Shown piece after piece: positions 1 to 13,760 of a DNA stretch of 64,000 nucleotides. A program made the translations under genes and the position numbers. A model generated the notes under the pieces. The model saw only the letters and a program-made list of their open reading frames with translations. It was not told the origin of the DNA and made no database searches. Source of the DNA: Iphione sp. A-MEVVRFRX5 (taxonomy: Eukaryota); NCBI GenBank assembly GCA_976226885.1, contig OZ320314.1, positions 41,168,001 through 41,232,000 on the forward strand. Reading direction: 5' to 3'. Position 1 is the first letter of the stretch, and the number at the start of each line of letters is the position of its first letter.

Positions 1-1020
1 GCAGAATACAAAGCAGTGTAATAGACCCCCTATGGTCTTCACTCGTTTCGCTGAATGCAGTAACATTGTTTATATTCACGATTCATAAGTGCTTTGTGAA
101 CATTATCCAGCCGCTCATCATATTCTTTCCTTGATTGAACCACTACATACTGTGTAATTGTACATCTCACGATACCTCTAAGACAGAGAGAGATGAATGT
201 GAATACTATTACACAAAAAGACCGTCACACTTGCTATTCATGCTGTTCTTTTCAATTCTAAACGCGGCACTAATAATTTGAAGAGGCACCAACAGGACTT
301 TGAAAACTCATGTTTCATACCGCAGAAATGAGTAGTCATGAACTTACGACACTTCATGTCCAAGCAAGTTGTCTAGTTTCTAAGTTTATACGATATGTGT
401 TCTACAAGTAGCAGGCCATGCAGCGCCGAGTATTCCTTGGTCGACGCAGCGCCATCGATTACCTTCTGAGACCTGCTCCATACCAATGATGGATCAGCTA
501 CTGACCACCCGCAAGGGGGTTCAGCTGACGGTGTACCACCGCCAGGAGACCCCTAACACATTGTGTCCCATGCTTTACATGTTCTTAGTTAATGAGTATC
601 CTAAATTGTGAATGTCGGCCGGCCTGATTGGAATTTTCTGGAAGTTGACTAAAAACTCTCTGAGGGTTATATCATCACAACGTTAGGCAGTGGTCACACT
701 TAGCTTCGTAAGCCTTGGTAGCGTCCTTCCCGAAGTGTGAATTTATCTTGTAGATGGTCATCGTTTTGCTAGCATGTTTGTATTTCAAGCCTATGTCAGA
801 CTCATGTTCATTAGAGCGCAGATCCCTAGAAGACAATAATTATGAGCTTGTTCTCTACAATACATGCTTAACTACTACGCGTGCGACGTATATTTTAAAA
901 ACTATAACCCTCCTCCCTCCACGTACATATCCTCGTCATCAGCATGCAAGTGACCGAGAATATACTTACATGTATCAAACATCCTTACTCTAAATATAAT
1001 CTTCAACACTATCATTCACT

Positions 1021-1140
1021 ACCATTATGGCAAAGTGTGAAACCTATGATATTATAACAGTACCATTATGGCTGGGTGTGAAACCTATATTATAATATTA
1101 TCACTACTATTATGACTATCTGTGAGACCTGTATTACAAC
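1021..1140. repeat. Degenerate minisatellite, ~41-44-bp unit x3
   Basis: ACCATTATGGCAAAGTGTGAAACCTATGATATTATAAC / ACCATTATGGCTGGGTGTGAAACCTATATTATAAT / ACTATTATGACTATCTGTGAGACCTGTATTACAAC. Confidence 0.8.
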
Positions 1141-4040
1141 TGGGATTGAACGTTACTTCGACAGAGTATTGTGGCCCCGCTTCCCTTGGACACCTGTAGG
1201 CAGTATGAACAAAACGTAGGGTTGCATATATATATATATATGTTACAATCAATCAGTCAGCCCTGGTCATGTGTCACACTCGCCTAAGTGCGAAAGGGTC
1301 CTTTTAGACTCAAGGCATCGTTCACACTGGATGCATTTTTCATTTACGGCGACCCTAGTAGCAGGTGTCATTGCCTTGGGCTCTCCTCCCTCCATGCGCC
1401 ATCTGTCTCTCTGCTTTGGAAACGCCTTTCACACTCTGCCTGGTGGTAACCTTCATTAGTGTGAGCTCCGCCATGACAAAATACCATCTCTCAGACATCC
1501 TTACATGTAATACGAGGAGGATTTAGACATTTTTTATATTTACCGGGCCGATACATTTTATTTTCGTGAAATATTAAAGTTACCCCATAATGTTATTTGC
1601 CACTACATGTATTTGATTTCCATTAAATACTCTACAAGTAACAGGCTACGTATCATCCGCATGTAATAAGTTACAGCCACAATGTATTCCATGCAAGTTA
1701 AAAGTTGTGAAGAGATTCTTTCTTGACTTGCATTTGGTATAATATCAGTGACCTAAAATAGACCAATTTCTCTACGACATGCAGCAGGAATTCGGAAGAT
1801 CACACGCCACTGATATGTTTGCTTAATGTCCAAATACATGCACAGTTGATTCGAAGGCTGGAGGACAATTTGAACCTCTACTTTTTACATGACAGGTCAG
1901 GAAAAAGAGCCTGACGGTGTGCAGCATATAGAATAACCAATGGCATTAATTTACGCGTTTAATAAGGCTAAGTTGTAAAATGAGGGAAATGTCATACCCT
2001 TTCACCCTAACATTGGCTTCATGTCTCAACTTTCATTTTATGACATGCAGATGACCCTGGTAATGATAGGAAAGGCCATCGTGTTAATTTTCAAAAATTG
2101 CAATGCAGCCTTGCTCATTATAAATAATGACGATGTTAGCCTGTCACTTTGGGTTATTTACGAAAAGACGATGCTTTGGTTTCGCTTAGGAGCTGACAGC
2201 GTTGTCATTTTGAATTGGGGCATGTCAGATGTTTAAAAAATTGTAGGCCTAATAATATTCCGGTGTCAATTTGGCAATAGCGACTTAAATAGTTTAAGAA
2301 ATTCTACCACTCAGCACATTAATTGCTCTGCAGTAATGGCCAGGTGGTGGCATTCAATCTAACGCTGTGAGCGCCACCCTTAAGGTCTATCTGTCTGCAT
2401 GGTACATGTGTATAGATCTATATGCACGCACGGGCTATTGGTTCAGCAGCACTGGAGAACCTACGGCCACTCCTTGCCATGTTCCACCAATATCGATTTT
2501 TCCCTCACATGAATGACAGGCACGCGGAAGCCCGGTGTTTCGGGGATCGATTCTTCTGACGAACCATTTCGGTTTACAAAGTCGTTTCGGAGGCAGTGAT
2601 CAAAGAGCCAGGCGCGCCCCCACGAGGTGCTTCTATTATCGCCCTGCTCTGCCGGGTGCTCGAATGCGGGTGGCCGGTGAAGGTTAGCGGCGATTACCGC
2701 GCAGCTGGTAAGCCATGTAGAACGGGTTGCGGTCTCGTAGCCCGGGCAGCGGCTTTATGTGTGTTGGGCGTTTCCTGGTCCCGACATAAACGACCCAATA
2801 TCACGGACACGTTCGTGCATTAACGACTGTCCGGCAGCGGTCGCTCGCCACCTCCCACCACCCATTCAGCCCAGCCTCCCCTCCTCAGCAATTCCCGTCC
2901 AACGTTACGCTTGGTCCCGAAGAAACCTTAACGTTACCTTTTCACTTAAGCTTATGCCTATTGCAGTAGAAAACGTGGGGCACTGCACTTCCTCTCCACT
3001 CATCTTCCGGTTTTCTCGTTCATCTCTGCGCTTCCCGACTCACCAACACGTTCCTCCCTACCCTACCGACATGCTGCAAACATCCTTGAAGCAGATGTTC
3101 AGGGTGCGACCGTGTTGTCACTTTGCTCGACCATGGCGAAGCATTGTTAATTTTGACGTGCGTGATACATGCTTGCACGAGGTGTGTTAGGCCAATCCTA
3201 CAAGCTCTATATCGTCTGGCACTTAAAGCGCACGTTCAGACTTGATGTACATGTATTCTCATTACTGCATCCAGACGTAGGCGGGTGCAACACTATTGTG
3301 TGCTTACTCATATACGACTAGCAGGGCACGGGAAAAATAGTGCCTTTCCATGTATCTGACAACTTTTTCGGACACGGGGACGCCCATGCAGGAGATGGAA
3401 CATAGTACAGGAAGGTATACCCATGTGTCCATAGCTAAGACAATAGATGAAATGACCCCTAGGAGTACTGCTGAGAACTGATATTGGTAGAGAATCAATA
3501 GACAACGGATGGCGGACATGGACATATCTCCGGATTTCCTGGTACCTACTCGATTTTGATCACAGAGACATGTCTGTGTCGGGCTCTATTGGCATTTCCT
3601 ACACAGAACGATGGTTGAAACGGTAACTAAAACTGCCCTAATTTAATCGAGTTAGTGTCAAGCAGATGCTAATATCAAAGTCTTATATATGAATTACGGT
3701 CTCGAGATAATATTCAAGTTTCAGAAATATAATCAGAAAAAAGGTTCCTAAGAATCAGGCGTTTAGCACAGCATACCAATCTATATCTCCAGTATGCACA
3801 ATATAATACAGACATATCCAAAAAGACATATTTCACAGACAGTACAAGTCTTCTTCGTTCTTCAGCGTATCATAAAAGTTAGATATACAAGTGGTCCGGA
3901 AGGCCTATACTATGGTGGTGTATAGTACGTCGGGTGGCATGGTAAAGAACTCGATAAGGAAGTGTCCATCCAACCTTCCTGCAGCTCCGAGAGATAAACA
4001 CAAGACTAACAAGCCTAATGGTGGATGTGACAGACCGGAG

Positions 4041-4077
4041 CCGGAAGTATGCGATACAGCACCGCCACCAGGTGGCA
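4041..4077. promoter_or_regulatory. Candidate CTCF site (palindromic) next to an ETS motif
   Basis: CCACCAGGTGGC at 4065-4076 matches the CTCF core CCASYAGRKGGC; CCGGAAGT at 4041-4048. Motif evidence only. Confidence 0.45.
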
Positions 4078-5499
4078 TTTGTCTTTGCCTCCTGGCAGAG
4101 GATATCTAACCGCAGTGCTAGGAGCGAACCTGTGCGTGGCCTATGTTTTGAGTGTTCTTCTTCTAGACTACATCGTGTGGAGCCTTCGGATTGTTCTTCA
4201 ATCAGCGTTTTTTCTTGACTGGTCGTTTTTTTTCTTTATCATCGTTATACATAGAACGTCTCTTGTCTCTCTATTGTACATGATAATTTCTCATGCAGAA
4301 TTCTTGGTTAAGCGGATGCAGCTGTGACGACTGACCTTCATCAGACTTGTTTTCGGAAGATTTTCTATTAGTAAGTATAGACACAAGTACTTTTTTTTCA
4401 GAATGTATATGTACAGTTAGCTAAATTTTATTTCGGCTGTATCTTTATGGATCCTCTGTTGTTTGTTTAAGCGCATTTCATGTGGTTCCTGAATTCTTGT
4501 CTGCTTATTGATGGATAACTTTAACAAACTATACTTGGATCATCTATCATGAGTTTCACGAACAGGATAACAGGGTTCAATATAGCTAAGACAGTTAATT
4601 TGAAATGATTTGTAACTCGGTCCAAACAATTCACGCCAATTAATAACGCAGCGTAGAGCGCTGAGAATAGACAAGGTTCTTGCATGCCTTTCCCCATGTT
4701 ACAATGCTTGCAATGTCTAAGTTCTGCTTTGATCTTCTTCTCCTTCTGAGCCAGACAGTAATAAACACGAAGGTAGTGCATGCTATTTCTCTTCCATTGA
4801 GCAAGTTGGACATTCGTAGCTCTATCTATTACTCCCTCTGAGATACTCCTATTTTTCCAATTATATTCCCGGTTCTACCGCCTTCTTTCCACCGGCTTCC
4901 TTTTTCGCACTTTTACTTTCATGTAGATACTATTAGAATGTCTTCGGCATTTGAGGCTTTAGCATTATATATTTACTTGGAATGACTGGTAATAACTTGC
5001 TATATGTCCACGTTCTGCTTTATATGCCTGAGTATCCCAACGACCCTAGGACTGATGTATTTGGTTGAAAAAGGCCCCTATCACTGATTAAAGCCACACA
5101 AATTTCCATACGACTGCTCAGTCTGTACGTAACTATCATTAAGAAAGGTACAACAACTGGAACAAGTAGTGTCGCATTCCTGAAATTTATAGTCTGATAG
5201 ATGCTACTGGAGCTGTTTCGTATTGCGGTACTCCATCTTCATCCGCTGTCTGATCCCTTTAATCTAGTTCAGAGTTGTGTCCTGCTCGGTAACTTTTTCT
5301 TTTCAGATATCAAACTAATGGACTACCCTCCGTCTCTCTCCCTCGGTCGTCCCCACCAGTCAATGCCACGTAGATATTCTACATAACATTCTGACCTATT
5401 CCAACAGCATCTAATATCGCTCCATTCTGCATTTGATCCTTCTCGATGTCCTGCCTTTTTTCCCCCATCACTTTTTTTGTTATCTCCCTGGTGTGCGCG

Positions 5500-5790
5500 C
5501 CCTACCCACAGCAAGCTGCTTCTGACCGTTTCATTCTTCTTCATCACAGAAACAAAACAATGATCGATCGGGCCGCTCAATTTCCTCGTCTGGCGACGAC
5601 AAAGCTTTTTTTTGTCATTCCAGCCGAGCATATTGTCACTACTTGCTGTGTCCGTCCTATGCCTTCCTTGCATAGCGTTCCATGGTGGAGGAGTGTGTCA
5701 TTGTCTGTGCGAGTCCATAGGCCGTAAATCAGCCGAGCAGAATAGAGGTGTACAATTTCCCCCTGGCGGCGTCCACCTACAAGCGCATGC
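5500..5790. promoter_or_regulatory. Candidate enhancer island
   Basis: CpG-rich island with Sox-like AACAATG (5556-5562) and CATTGT (5699-5704), Pbx-Hox-like TGATTTACGG (minus, 5722-5731) and a one-mismatch CTCF core (minus, 5758-5769). Confidence 0.35.
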
Positions 5791-6554
5791 CATTGCTCTA
5801 ACAAATCTGGTAAATAACAGCTTTGTCCCTTCACTTCGGAACTTCCTCGTTAATTTAGAAATTATCGTAGAGACCTGTATAGTATACAGGGACGTCAGAG
5901 TGTGTGAATTATGGATAAGCTTGTTACACAGCATGTCTAGTTCCGTCTTAATCCACACCTTGTCTTGGCGATACATGATCTAACACGATAATACAGTCTG
6001 ATGTAGCCTTTAATGATAAATGACGAGAAGGCATTAAAACATAGCTTCAAGTAAAACTTATACACGTTTGTTATAGCCTTCAGTTCATCAAAATTGACAA
6101 GGATATGTTAGGGAATCCTCCTTGAGAATTTACTCTATTAGCTAGGACGCAACTGTTTCGTCACACATAATATAGGTTTCCTCAAGTGAGAAACGATGAA
6201 TGCGTATACACTTGGGCGTCTGTCTGGTGTAAATTCTGAACTTCAAATGAAATTGTACTAGAAACAGCTGCATGTAATATCACAACCAAACGATCCAAAA
6301 TATAACAAGCCAACAGCATCCAAACCTGCAATAACTTCCCACTTCCCACTCCCATGGACATAAACAGACATGAAATGGGCTTAAAATTATGAAATATACC
6401 CTAAGCAAAGTACGCCACTGTATAAACTTAAAGTGTGAAATAAAGAATATAAAAAAAAAATGATGTCATCGGTGATGATTTTATTCTACAACAGTTTAAA
6501 TAAAAAAAAAACTGGACACATCCGATGACGCAGAGATAATAAATAAACAAATAA

Positions 6555-6700
6555 GACCACGTGATTGGCCAGAGGCATGTACCGGCTACGGAAGTTGCGT
6601 GCACAGCCTTGTAGCCAGCCGACTCATTTACCTTGCACCGGAAGTGGCCGTTAGAGCGACGATGACCGGACACACCGGTTGGAGGGGGCGCCAGCATCGC
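6555..6700. promoter_or_regulatory. Promoter-like island
   Basis: E-box CACGTG (6558-6563) abutting an inverted CCAAT box (6564-6568); ETS motifs CGGAAGT (6589-6595) and ACCGGAAGTG (6637-6646); G-rich tract to the right. Confidence 0.4.
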
Positions 6701-9292
6701 TCAGGGGTCGAGTGGGTGAGGGCCGGGAGGGATGGTTAGGTGGGTGGCTGTTGGGCTTGAGAAGATGGTCTGGAGTATACGAGTTGCAGGGGCGAAGGCA
6801 ATACTGAATATTTCCTGAATGCCTAGGCAGCTCAACATAAAACCTCGCCATATGTTAACATAGGCCCTCCCTGGTCCGCAGTTACAAATATGGTTATGTC
6901 TGGGATTCCTGATTGTCTAATGAGTGAGTTTAATCATAAAACTTTTCTGCAGTTCTAGCGATGACCTTTGTGTTGAGGCAATGTTTCCTCTGAGCCTTTG
7001 CAATGTACTGTATCCGTTTTCTGGACGTGTATTCAGTAGGTACATATATACATACGGACGGAAAGACATTTGGTTTCAGCTTTTGTAAAGCTCCCGTGAT
7101 TTTGACGAATCAATTGTTTCCACTTGAGAAGGGGTCATATACCCATTTACACGTTTCCTATGAAATTATGTGCTGTCACTGGTCGTATGTGTGAAATACT
7201 GGTGACATGGCGGATGGTTATTTCTTGCTCCAAACGGATCCTGTATCTGTGTATAAACTAAACAATGCCTTAATTAAACTTTTACTGTATAACTCTTTTT
7301 TTAGGCTTATTGCCGAAAGGATAAGTAAATGTGTACCCTATTACTGCATGAGAGAGGCTGTGTGCTGATTTTTACACACCTTACTTTTGCTTCCTGCCAT
7401 GTTCTCTTTCTCAGTTAGAGTTGTCATTAGAAAATCCATCTACCAATCTCTTGGTCTTTTCCGCTTGTAAATTCTTGTAGTTTGTGTCCCTCCAGTTCTC
7501 TTTTTCCCCTCTCAAAGCTATTTGTCTCCTGATGCTTTTGTGTCTTTTCTTCTGCCCAGTGATCGGTTAGTCTTTAAAAATTAAACTATTCCTCTACGCC
7601 TAGTCTAATCTAGATAATTAAACCCGTGTGTAAACGCTCCTTTGGCGATTCGTCAGTTGTGTACCTAGCAGAGGAGGCTGGAGAAGACAAAGGATGCATC
7701 AACCTTACGTCCCCCCCCCCGAACAAACAACTAAGCCTGGCAGCCTGATAATAATTACACAGCCCGGCCGTGCACTTCCTGCCAAAGTGCCATAGCTCCT
7801 AATAGGATGTAAGCCTTCTTGAGAGCTATGAGACAAGGAGAAGATGAAGGGTGAATGAAGGTATAAAGGGATGTCGACGGGCGTATTTGATGGAGGGGGA
7901 GAGGGTGTGATGAGAGTAGAAGAGAAAGATGGTCTGAGAAGCCGTGCTAGAGTTTGCATGAAGGTAAATTTAAGGTCGCCGGATTAGGCCTTTCGCACTT
8001 ACCAACAGCGACATGGGGAAAAGGATTACACGTGAAAGTAAAGGTATTGGGGAAATATCATCTAGCTTTTTGTAAGCAAAACGGCTACTTAAAGGGTAAT
8101 GGGCAGTAATAATTCAAATTGTAAAGGAAACATTAACTGAAACTGCAAAGAAACCTCACAACACACTATATTACGTATAAAAATTACTCCCACTTCGATC
8201 TTTTTTTCAGGTGGATAATATAGCACTAAATAGCCGTGTTTACCACCTTATGCTCAATTTCAACGTTTGAGATAGCAAGTTTGCTCATAACAATATTATT
8301 AGCGGAGGTGTTGGGGCAGTACAGCTGGGGCATGGTCAGAGGAGGTGTACATACGTTCACGGAGGGGTGGAGGGTTTTCAATTTTTGTATTTAAAGGGTT
8401 TTGCAGAGGGATCCACCGGTTGCCTATTGTACGTCTCTCAGTAACAATCTTCAGTGTTTACTTTATTTAACCTGGTCTGGAGTTCTTCTTCATGGTGGAA
8501 GCTAACAAAGTTGAATTTAAATACAATGTTTTTATATTCCTGCCGCTCATACCACGTACTGCTGGTCTCTGTACATTTTTGTACGTTGTTTCCAGTGCTC
8601 ATTCCTTTTTTCCGTAATTCATTCCACTCATCTGTTTTCACAGAAGAACTTATAGCAGTATTTATAGCTAAGTGTCTTTTCCCTTTTCTCCAATTTGCAA
8701 TCTCCTTCTTTTTAGCTTCCATTCGACAACATGCGTCGTTTCGTTCTCCTCCTTTCACTCTGTTTTTTAGCCCTTCTTCTTCCTGGTCCATCCTCCATTA
8801 TCTCGATGTTGGTGTCTGTACTTCGTAGCAAAAAGCTGCCTGTGGGCGCACATCCAGACAAGATAGATCATGTGAACGGACTGCATTATTCATCTCACTC
8901 GCTGCATCACTACGATGACATGACGCCCGTTTTCAACGAGCTCCATGGATCTTCCGCCTGTCTCTCTAGTGGACATATGTACCGTTCTGGGCTTCGAGGT
9001 TTCTTTCTCTGTCAGTATGTGCATGTATATGCTTAGCTGCCCACCCGTCTCTCTGTCACTTTTACACAGTATATGTCTGCCTGTTTCAACAAACTTGTCC
9101 TCTCTATCTGCATGCATTATCAATATCAATAATTTAGATGCTTGTATTATCATAAGGTCCCAGTGTTTCCCTTGTCCTCTCTATGTGTATAAATCGTGCA
9201 TCATATTCCATCATTGACATCTTCCTAAATGGCCATTCATTTACTCTTCCTCCCACTCACCGACTTATATGATTTACCCCTTTTTGCTGGCT

Positions 9293-9420
9293 NNNNNNNN
9301 NNNNNNNNNNNNNNNNNNNNNNNNNNNNNNNNNNNNNNNNNNNNNNNNNNNNNNNNNNNNNNNNNNNNNNNNNNNNNNNNNNNNNNNNNNNNNNNNNNNN
9401 NNNNNNNNNNNNNNNNNNNN
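9293..9420. other. Assembly gap (128 N)
   Basis: Run of N from 9293 to 9420; ORFs spanning it are artefacts. Confidence 0.99.
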
Positions 9421-12400
9421 CCATCCACGCTGGCCCGCGGGCCCCTGGGCCTCGCAGCCCTCCCTCCGGGCTGGTACACAGGCAGCGTATCCGGTCTCCC
9501 TTGTCTCAGTCCGTGGCCCCCTCGGACCTACGGTTATCCATCAACAAAGTATCTTCATGCGTGATTAGCAGCTTCTGTGATAGGCGCTGTCATGGCAACA
9601 CACGGCGCTCCTCCGCAGAGTGCGTGCACGTGCCAGTGTCAGTGTGTGTAAGGGTGTGTGTGTTCGTGCGTGTGCCCACCATTCAGCAGTTTGCCGCAAG
9701 AGGGACATGTCACGTGGGGCTTTGTTAGTTTGGGCGGCGGAAGGAGGCGCTGCACTTCCTCCAAAGACCCTGTGAGGAAGAGGCAAGATGAACGCACCTG
9801 CATCTCCGTCCAAGCACTGGGCGACAGACAAATGGAATGATGCGTGCGTAATGAACTTGGCACTATTGTGCTGGTGGTGGTCGTCATAAGGAGGATGTTG
9901 CCCTTAAATAGTACCCAGGTAGGGTGTATAGCATCGAAAGATATTGGGCACTGTTTAAAAGAGTTAAAATGAAACTTCCTTTCTAGGCAGAATTTTCTTG
10001 GTCGAGATATCAGACTGTAAGACTTGAATTCCCTCACATATGTATTTATTCTAACAATAATTAACAATATACCGAGAAAGCTATGTCACAACAGCAATTA
10101 AGTTATTGGGGTGAAGGGTCGAATGAACCGTACCAATCAGCTGTAGCATACAAAAACCACGAGCCACTGGAATGTTCATACGAAGCTGGGAAAATATGCT
10201 AGGCATCGATATGCAGTTGAGAAAATGTCAACACGTTTTGTAGAGATACGTTCTAACTGCTGATACACAGGTAACGTACATGTTCACCAATACCATCGGA
10301 AACGAGAGCATTTGCATTTGGAATTCGAAATATTCAATGCTTTGATGTGAAAAAAATCCGTCTCAGGAAAATAAACATTTACTATGTTTGAGAGAGCGGT
10401 AGACAGATTGGCAAGTACAAAACAATAGAGAAAAGAGAAGACAAGTCATGTTCAAAGTGGTAATAGTAGCAGCAGAAACACTAATGGTAGAAACAGTAAC
10501 GGTAGCAGTAGAAGTAAGAGTAGAAGCTTATGTGAAAAGAAAGAAGTACGTGAGAAATGTGGTAAACACATGTATAGACAAACCATCTTTATACTTCAGT
10601 GTAGTGATACCTTGTACCCTGATTAAACCGAAAACTAAATCCTTGTATGCACTGAATAAGAATAGATTTGCATCAATATGAAAAAAAAGATGAAAATTTA
10701 ACGTTGTGTTTCGGTTTCACATAGATGTACACTGTTTTAATATGAATGTGCACAGCAAGGCATGGCCGCATTAGAGAGAGGGAAACGTGTGGGAACTGGC
10801 GGCCATATTGCAATGTAGCTATTGGATAATTCTAAATCCCCGAGTCCGTTCCCATCCTGAACACTTTCACTGGACCTAGATGCAGGGTAGGCACGATTTT
10901 AGAGTCCCAAACTGGGAATTACGCTGTGTCGGAACTGTAATGTCTCTGCCATTACGTGTAGATTAGGCTTCAATAATGCAGGCCTGGACAGGATAGTTAC
11001 AGTCCCAGTCACATACGATCCACTCCGACCACCATCTGCATCAGCCTTTACCGCGACATATAACATCACAAGCAGGAACCCCCACATACAGACATACAAA
11101 ACACCAAACTACACACCGATCACACACAGTCCCACAGACGCAAACACACACCTTCGGACATAAGAGGAAGGCCCGAGAGCCGCAGTCAGCAGGGATAAAT
11201 TGCCAGTTTCATCATTCCAGCGGTACTTGTGCAGGAAGCCCATCTATCGGTGGGATGTCACATAGGAGGCTCTTGTCATCTGACGATGAACTACTAGAGG
11301 AATATTGGTTGGGCTGAGTGCGTAATGACACACAACTACGGCACTGGTACGTGACGAAGACCGCCAATATCTACAGACATATATAGTTGTACGTGTACAT
11401 CTATATGCCAATTTCCTTCGGTGGAAACGAACCATTTAATTGAAATTAGATCTTTGTGAGTTATTTCGCTCGGTGTGAAACCAGACATTATCTCTATCCG
11501 TAATATTAAAAAGTGATCGGAACAATAACAGGGAGGGCAGGACAACATAAACACGACCTAAGTCAATATGGTATATAAGAAAGACTTCGGATCTGTTTAA
11601 CACTAGTAAAAAAACGTCGCTTGATCTACGGATACATTTGACCCCAAACACTGTCTACAATACTTTTTATATATCAACCAATATATGCACAAACAGTGAT
11701 CACGTATGAGGCGTACCAAAGTGTAGAGTCAACTAAAAGTAATGCGCGCACGTTGCCTGTTGGGACGATTAAGCAGCACTGAAACTGGGGTTCGACCCTC
11801 CCCAGATAATCTAATCTGATATAGAATAATGCATAATTGCAGTATTCATGCGAAGATATTCTCCTCTTAAGCAATTTTGATGAATAAACATTTATCAATA
11901 TGATTACTTATGATGTTCTTATTCATTACAGCATCGGCATTTTTGAAATGCCATTTATAATCAAAGACGATATATATGTGTAATTTACAATAAATGGCAT
12001 GCAGAGATGAAATGTTCTCAGCAAATCGTCGATATGCCCAAATGCTAAAATCTGCATGGCTCTTTGAAAATACTTCCTGCTTCATATGTCATTATTATAG
12101 ATAATTACTATTTCTAGCATCACGTAACAACCTTTTCATGACTAACCGTGATGAAAAAAAACTTGCTTTGTTAGTGATGTGTTTTGAGTCAATTTCAATT
12201 GAAAATCTTATAAAACATATCTTCTGTGGTTACAAATATTGCATAGTTAATAGCCGTCTGTCTGATCTATAGCGAAGCAAAGAAATAACTGATGATATTG
12301 ATTCGGGTTTCCAACTGATCTAGGATTTGGTCGACTTTCTACGTTCCTCCTATCGACCAGATTTCCCGGTCAGTAGTACCCTGGTGTGATATATCGTATC

Positions 12401-13339
12401 ATAAACCTGTTTCCTCTCATTTGTAAAAGACGGGAAAACGCCTACTAATCACTAATTAGTCTCTGTAACAGCATATGTAATGAGGCACATCATTAACATT
12501 ATCTGTTTCTCCAATTGAGTAAGGCCATTCGGTGGATTAGGACACCATTGATTCTTGGCCAGACTGTCCCTCATTGAGACGTATTCCTATTAGAGGCATT
12601 GTCTAACATATGAATAAAATCTATACTTTCCAAAAGTGTCCCTGTTAAAGGCATGCCTTTTTTTAGAGACTTGTCCCTAAAGTGACTTTGTACTGTACTT
12701 ATTTGGACCGTGTTATTTACTTGTCTTTTGAAGGTAATTGTCTCATTCGGCTTGGCTGGACGCATGATCGATGCCCCGCGCCAATCGGAAGTTTAGTTTC
12801 ATAGTTATCATTATTGACTCAGCTGCCTGCAATGTCTGCAGGTTTTGCATCAACGCCTGTAGCAAAAGTATAAACTATTCAATAGTATTGACTCCTTTTG
12901 CAGATATTTCTCAAGAGGTTCTGAATGCTGGGCCAGCACAGTAGCTGTAATAAGACATAAGATATAAGCCTGTGGTCGCAATTAATTGCGTTGCCTCACA
13001 ATAATGTGAGGATAAAACCTTATTTGATTAGGTGCAGGGGGTAAGGCAAGGTAGTGTGTACGTCCGTGTCAATGTGTGTAAAGCTGTCAATGTAAACGAA
13101 AGGAGATATAATCAGGATCCTGACCTGACTCTTATCCCAAACCCTGGTACCACTGTGAGCTCGAGCAACGCCGTCACCTTTACTCAGATTACGGCAGATT
13201 AATCTCATTACTGAGGTGATGCCACCGAGGCACATGGATTTCGTGCTAAGAGCAGGTGTAGGGGCTGCCCGTAGGTCAACTGGTGTATAGGCACCTCGTG
13301 TTCGGACGCTCCTGAGTGTCTCCATCAGAAAATGTCTAT

Positions 13340-13760
13340 TGGATTATGTTTGATGAATCATGCTCATGGGAAGTCGAGGTAAATGCGATAGACAAGTATG
13401 TCCTGATACAATATGATACCATGAGTGGCCGTCAATAAAGCATCTTTTTTAGCGAAACGTTAACTTTTTTTTATCCAAATCTCCGTACCACTAATGTGGC
13501 TGATTCTCTTCATGCCTATAGCCTAACTTCAGGTATTTCCTTTTCCAGGCTTTCTAGTGTAATGCATGTTGAATAAAAGACGTGTTCTGATATCGTAAAG
13601 AAAAAGCTTCCCTGCTTTAAATGTACAGCATTAGACAGGATTTCGGTGTTTTTAAAAGTATAAGTGTTTTTAAATGTATAAGTGTAGTAAATTGTGGGAT
13701 GAACTCCCACCTGATGTCAGCAACTTGGATCAAAAAGCTTTTAAAAGCAGGATAAAGAAA
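13340..13760 (+). mobile_element. 3' fragment of a CR1/L2-like LINE, decayed
   Basis: WIMFDESCSWEVEVNAI at ~13340 resembles LGI.FD..LSW..H...I. KLWDELPPDVSNLDQKAFKSRIK at ~13690-13760 resembles the ORF2 C-terminal LWN.LP.....FK motif. Contains an 18-bp tandem duplication at 13646-13681. Confidence 0.6.

Noticed and set aside
8438-8828. Overlapping 117-aa (-) and 124-aa (+) ORFs
   Set aside because: Low-complexity pyrimidine-rich DNA, no recognisable motif, no convincing splice context.
11785-11803. GGTTCGACCC T-loop/B-box-like motif
   Set aside because: No A-box, D-arm, anticodon arm or acceptor stem; not a tRNA.
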